From contig JEMY01000029.1 in the NCBI GenBank assembly GCA_000585075.1, forward strand, positions 2,616 through 66,615: a stretch of 64,000 nucleotides of DNA. The letters run 5' to 3'. Shown here piece after piece: positions 62,220-64,000 of this stretch. Position 1 is the first letter of the stretch, and each line of letters starts with the position of its first letter. The stretch comes from Candidatus Accumulibacter regalis. GTDB lineage: Bacteria; Pseudomonadota; Gammaproteobacteria; Burkholderiales; Rhodocyclaceae. The notes beneath the pieces are model-generated. The model did no database searches. It was given only the letters and a program-made list of their open reading frames with translations, and was not told where the DNA came from. The position numbers and the translations under genes are program-made.

Positions 62220-63539
62220 TTGGACACCGCTGCCGACCCCGGCGACTCCTGCGCGCTGCTCGCCTCGCTGGTCGAGCGCCTCGACGTGGGCATATTCGCC
62301 GTCGATCGCAGCGGCACGGTGGCGCTGTGGAACAGCTTTATGGCTATCCATAGCGGCAAGTCGAGCACTGACATGCTCGGCCAGAACCTGTTTGCGATGT
62401 TTCCCGAATTGCCGCGGCCGTGGCTGGAGAAAAAGCTGGAAAGCGTCTTCGTCCTTGGCAACAACGCTTTTACCCTGTGGGACCTGCGGCCGTATCTGTT
62501 TCGCTTTGCGAACAACCGACCGATTACCGGCGGCCTCGCCGAGATGCGCCAGAACGTCACTTTTCTGCCCCTGCGACTGTCTGGCGGCGAGGTGTCGCTG
62601 GTCTGCGGCACGCTCTTTGATTACACCGATACCGCGATCGCGCAGGACAAACTGCACGATGCGATTGCCGCCTTGCACCGGGAAAAGGACGCCCAGGCCC
62701 AGCTCATCGCGAAGCTGGAAACCGCGCAGAACCAGCTCCTGCAATCCGAGAAGATGGCCTCGATCGGCCAGCTCGCTGCGGGTGTCGCGCATGAAATCAA
62801 CAACCCGGTAGGCTTCGTCAATTCCAATCTGCAGACGCTCAAAAAGTACTGCCAGCAGATGTTGCAGCTGATCACCGTCTACCAGGGTGCCGAGACGCAC
62901 ATCGCCGATGTCGAATTGCGCCGGGAAATAAGCGCGCTGACGCAGGCCATGGATGTCGACTTCGTCCAGGAAGACCTGCCCGAGCTGATCAAGGAAAGCG
63001 AAGACGGACTGGTGCGCATCAAGAAGATCGTTGCAGACCTGAAGGACTTCTCGCACGTCGATCAAACGGACTGGCAGTATGCCGACCTCAATGCCGGACT
63101 TGACGCGACACTCAACGTGGTATGGAACGAAGTCAAGTACAAGGCCACCGTCGCCAAGAATTACGGCGTCCTGCCGCCTGTCGAGTGCCTCGCCGCCCAG
63201 CTCAATCAGGTGTTCATGAACCTGATCATCAACGCCGTGCAGGCGCTGGACGAAAGCAAGGGCATGGGCACGATCACGCTATCGACCGGTCATCAGGACG
63301 ACTGGGTGTGGGTGGAAGTCCAGGACAACGGTCTTGGGATGAGCGAGGAAACGCGAAAAAGACTCTTCGAGCCCTTCTTCACGACCAAGCCGGTAGGCAA
63401 GGGGACAGGGCTCGGGATGTCCGTTTCGTACAATATTGTCCAGAAGCATCACGGTCGCATCGAGGTGGACTCCGTACCCGGCGAGGGCACGCGTTTCCGG
63501 GTCTGGGTACCGGTGAAACAGGCGCTGACGGTCGATTGA
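62220..63539 (+). CDS. PAS-domain soluble histidine kinase
   Basis: PAS (VGIFAVDRSG..ALWNSFM), SEKMASIGQLAAGVAHEINNP, DNGLGM, FEPFFTTK, GTGLG; TTG start abutting the cheC stop. Confidence 0.9.
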   Translation: MDTAADPGDSCALLASLVERLDVGIFAVDRSGTVALWNSFMAIHSGKSSTDMLGQNLFAMFPELPRPWLEKKLESVFVLGNNAFTLWDLRPYLFRFANNRPITGGLAEMRQNVTFLPLRLSGGEVSLVCGTLFDYTDTAIAQDKLHDAIAALHREKDAQAQLIAKLETAQNQLLQSEKMASIGQLAAGVAHEINNPVGFVNSNLQTLKKYCQQMLQLITVYQGAETHIADVELRREISALTQAMDVDFVQEDLPELIKESEDGLVRIKKIVADLKDFSHVDQTDWQYADLNAGLDATLNVVWNEVKYKATVAKNYGVLPPVECLAAQLNQVFMNLIINAVQALDESKGMGTITLSTGHQDDWVWVEVQDNGLGMSEETRKRLFEPFFTTKPVGKGTGLGMSVSYNIVQKHHGRIEVDSVPGEGTRFRVWVPVKQALTVD

Positions 63540-63600
63540 AGACAGCCAGGCAGAACAACGCCACCGGCAGCGCCGCGCGGACAGCGAAGGTGAAGCGCTG

Positions 63601-64000
63601 ATGGCCTTCACCTGGGATCGCCACTTCGAGACGGGAATTGCCATCGTTGATTCGCAGCATCGCGGGCTGGTCGCGCTGATCAACGAGGCGGCACCCTTTC
63701 TGACGGGTGGTGGATTGCCGGGGCGGGAACGCCTCCAAGCCCTGCTCGAACGTCTGGGCGACTACGCCAGCAGCCACTTCAGCTGCGAAGAAGGCGTGAT
63801 GCGCTCGTCCGGCCTGCTGCCTGAATATATCGGCAAGCATTACGCCGACCATCGGGCCTTCGTCGAGCAGTTGCGCGAGTTTCGTGTGCAGATGGACGAC
63901 GAGTTGCTGGCCACCGTGGGACCGAGTCTGCTGCGCTTTCTGAGCAGCTGGCTGACCTTCCATATCCTCGATGAAGACCAGCGCATGGCGCGCCAGATCC
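63601..64000 (+). CDS. Hemerythrin-domain protein (5' part; runs off the window end)
   Basis: MAFTWDRHFETGIAIVDSQH, HFSCEE, HYADH, WLTFHILDED; no stop before 64000. Confidence 0.88.
   Translation, partial: MAFTWDRHFETGIAIVDSQHRGLVALINEAAPFLTGGGLPGRERLQALLERLGDYASSHFSCEEGVMRSSGLLPEYIGKHYADHRAFVEQLREFRVQMDDELLATVGPSLLRFLSSWLTFHILDEDQRMARQI

Noticed and set aside
61431-63065. 544-aa minus-strand ORF
   Set aside because: Antisense to REC/cheC/kinase; shadow frame

Overview
GC-rich betaproteobacterial chromosome segment. Gene order and sequences suggest Rhodocyclales, Accumulibacter/Dechloromonas-like (inference). About 49 kb is core housekeeping: pckG, a PLP aminotransferase, ampD-pilR-pilS, tRNA-Pro(CGG), ispB, rplU-rpmA-obgE-proB, zapD-coaE, a type-2 TrpB, comM-ubiK, sigma54/NtrC-driven glnK-amtB, metZ-purF-cvpA-dedD-folC-accD-trpA-trpB-trpF-truA-fimV-asd-leuBDC and aroC. 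The last 15 kb is accessory. It holds a four-gene cluster typical of exosortase-A/EPS systems (acyl-AMP ligase, PLP decarboxylase, DegT-type aminotransferase, CelD/FemAB-like GNAT) and a nine-gene signalling island (4 receivers, 2 soluble kinases, 2 HD-GYP-type proteins, a CheC-like protein, a hemerythrin running off the window end) with no DNA-binding output. No CRISPR array, integrase or transposase was seen. Most notable hidden signals: two apparent head-and-tail gene scars (a methyltransferase upstream of the InaA-like kinase, and a TorF/NlmA-type porin between the sigma54 promoter and glnK), a 42-aa entericidin gene missed by the ORF track, and a hairpin with a duplicated arm. All product calls come from motif recognition only; no database searches were run.
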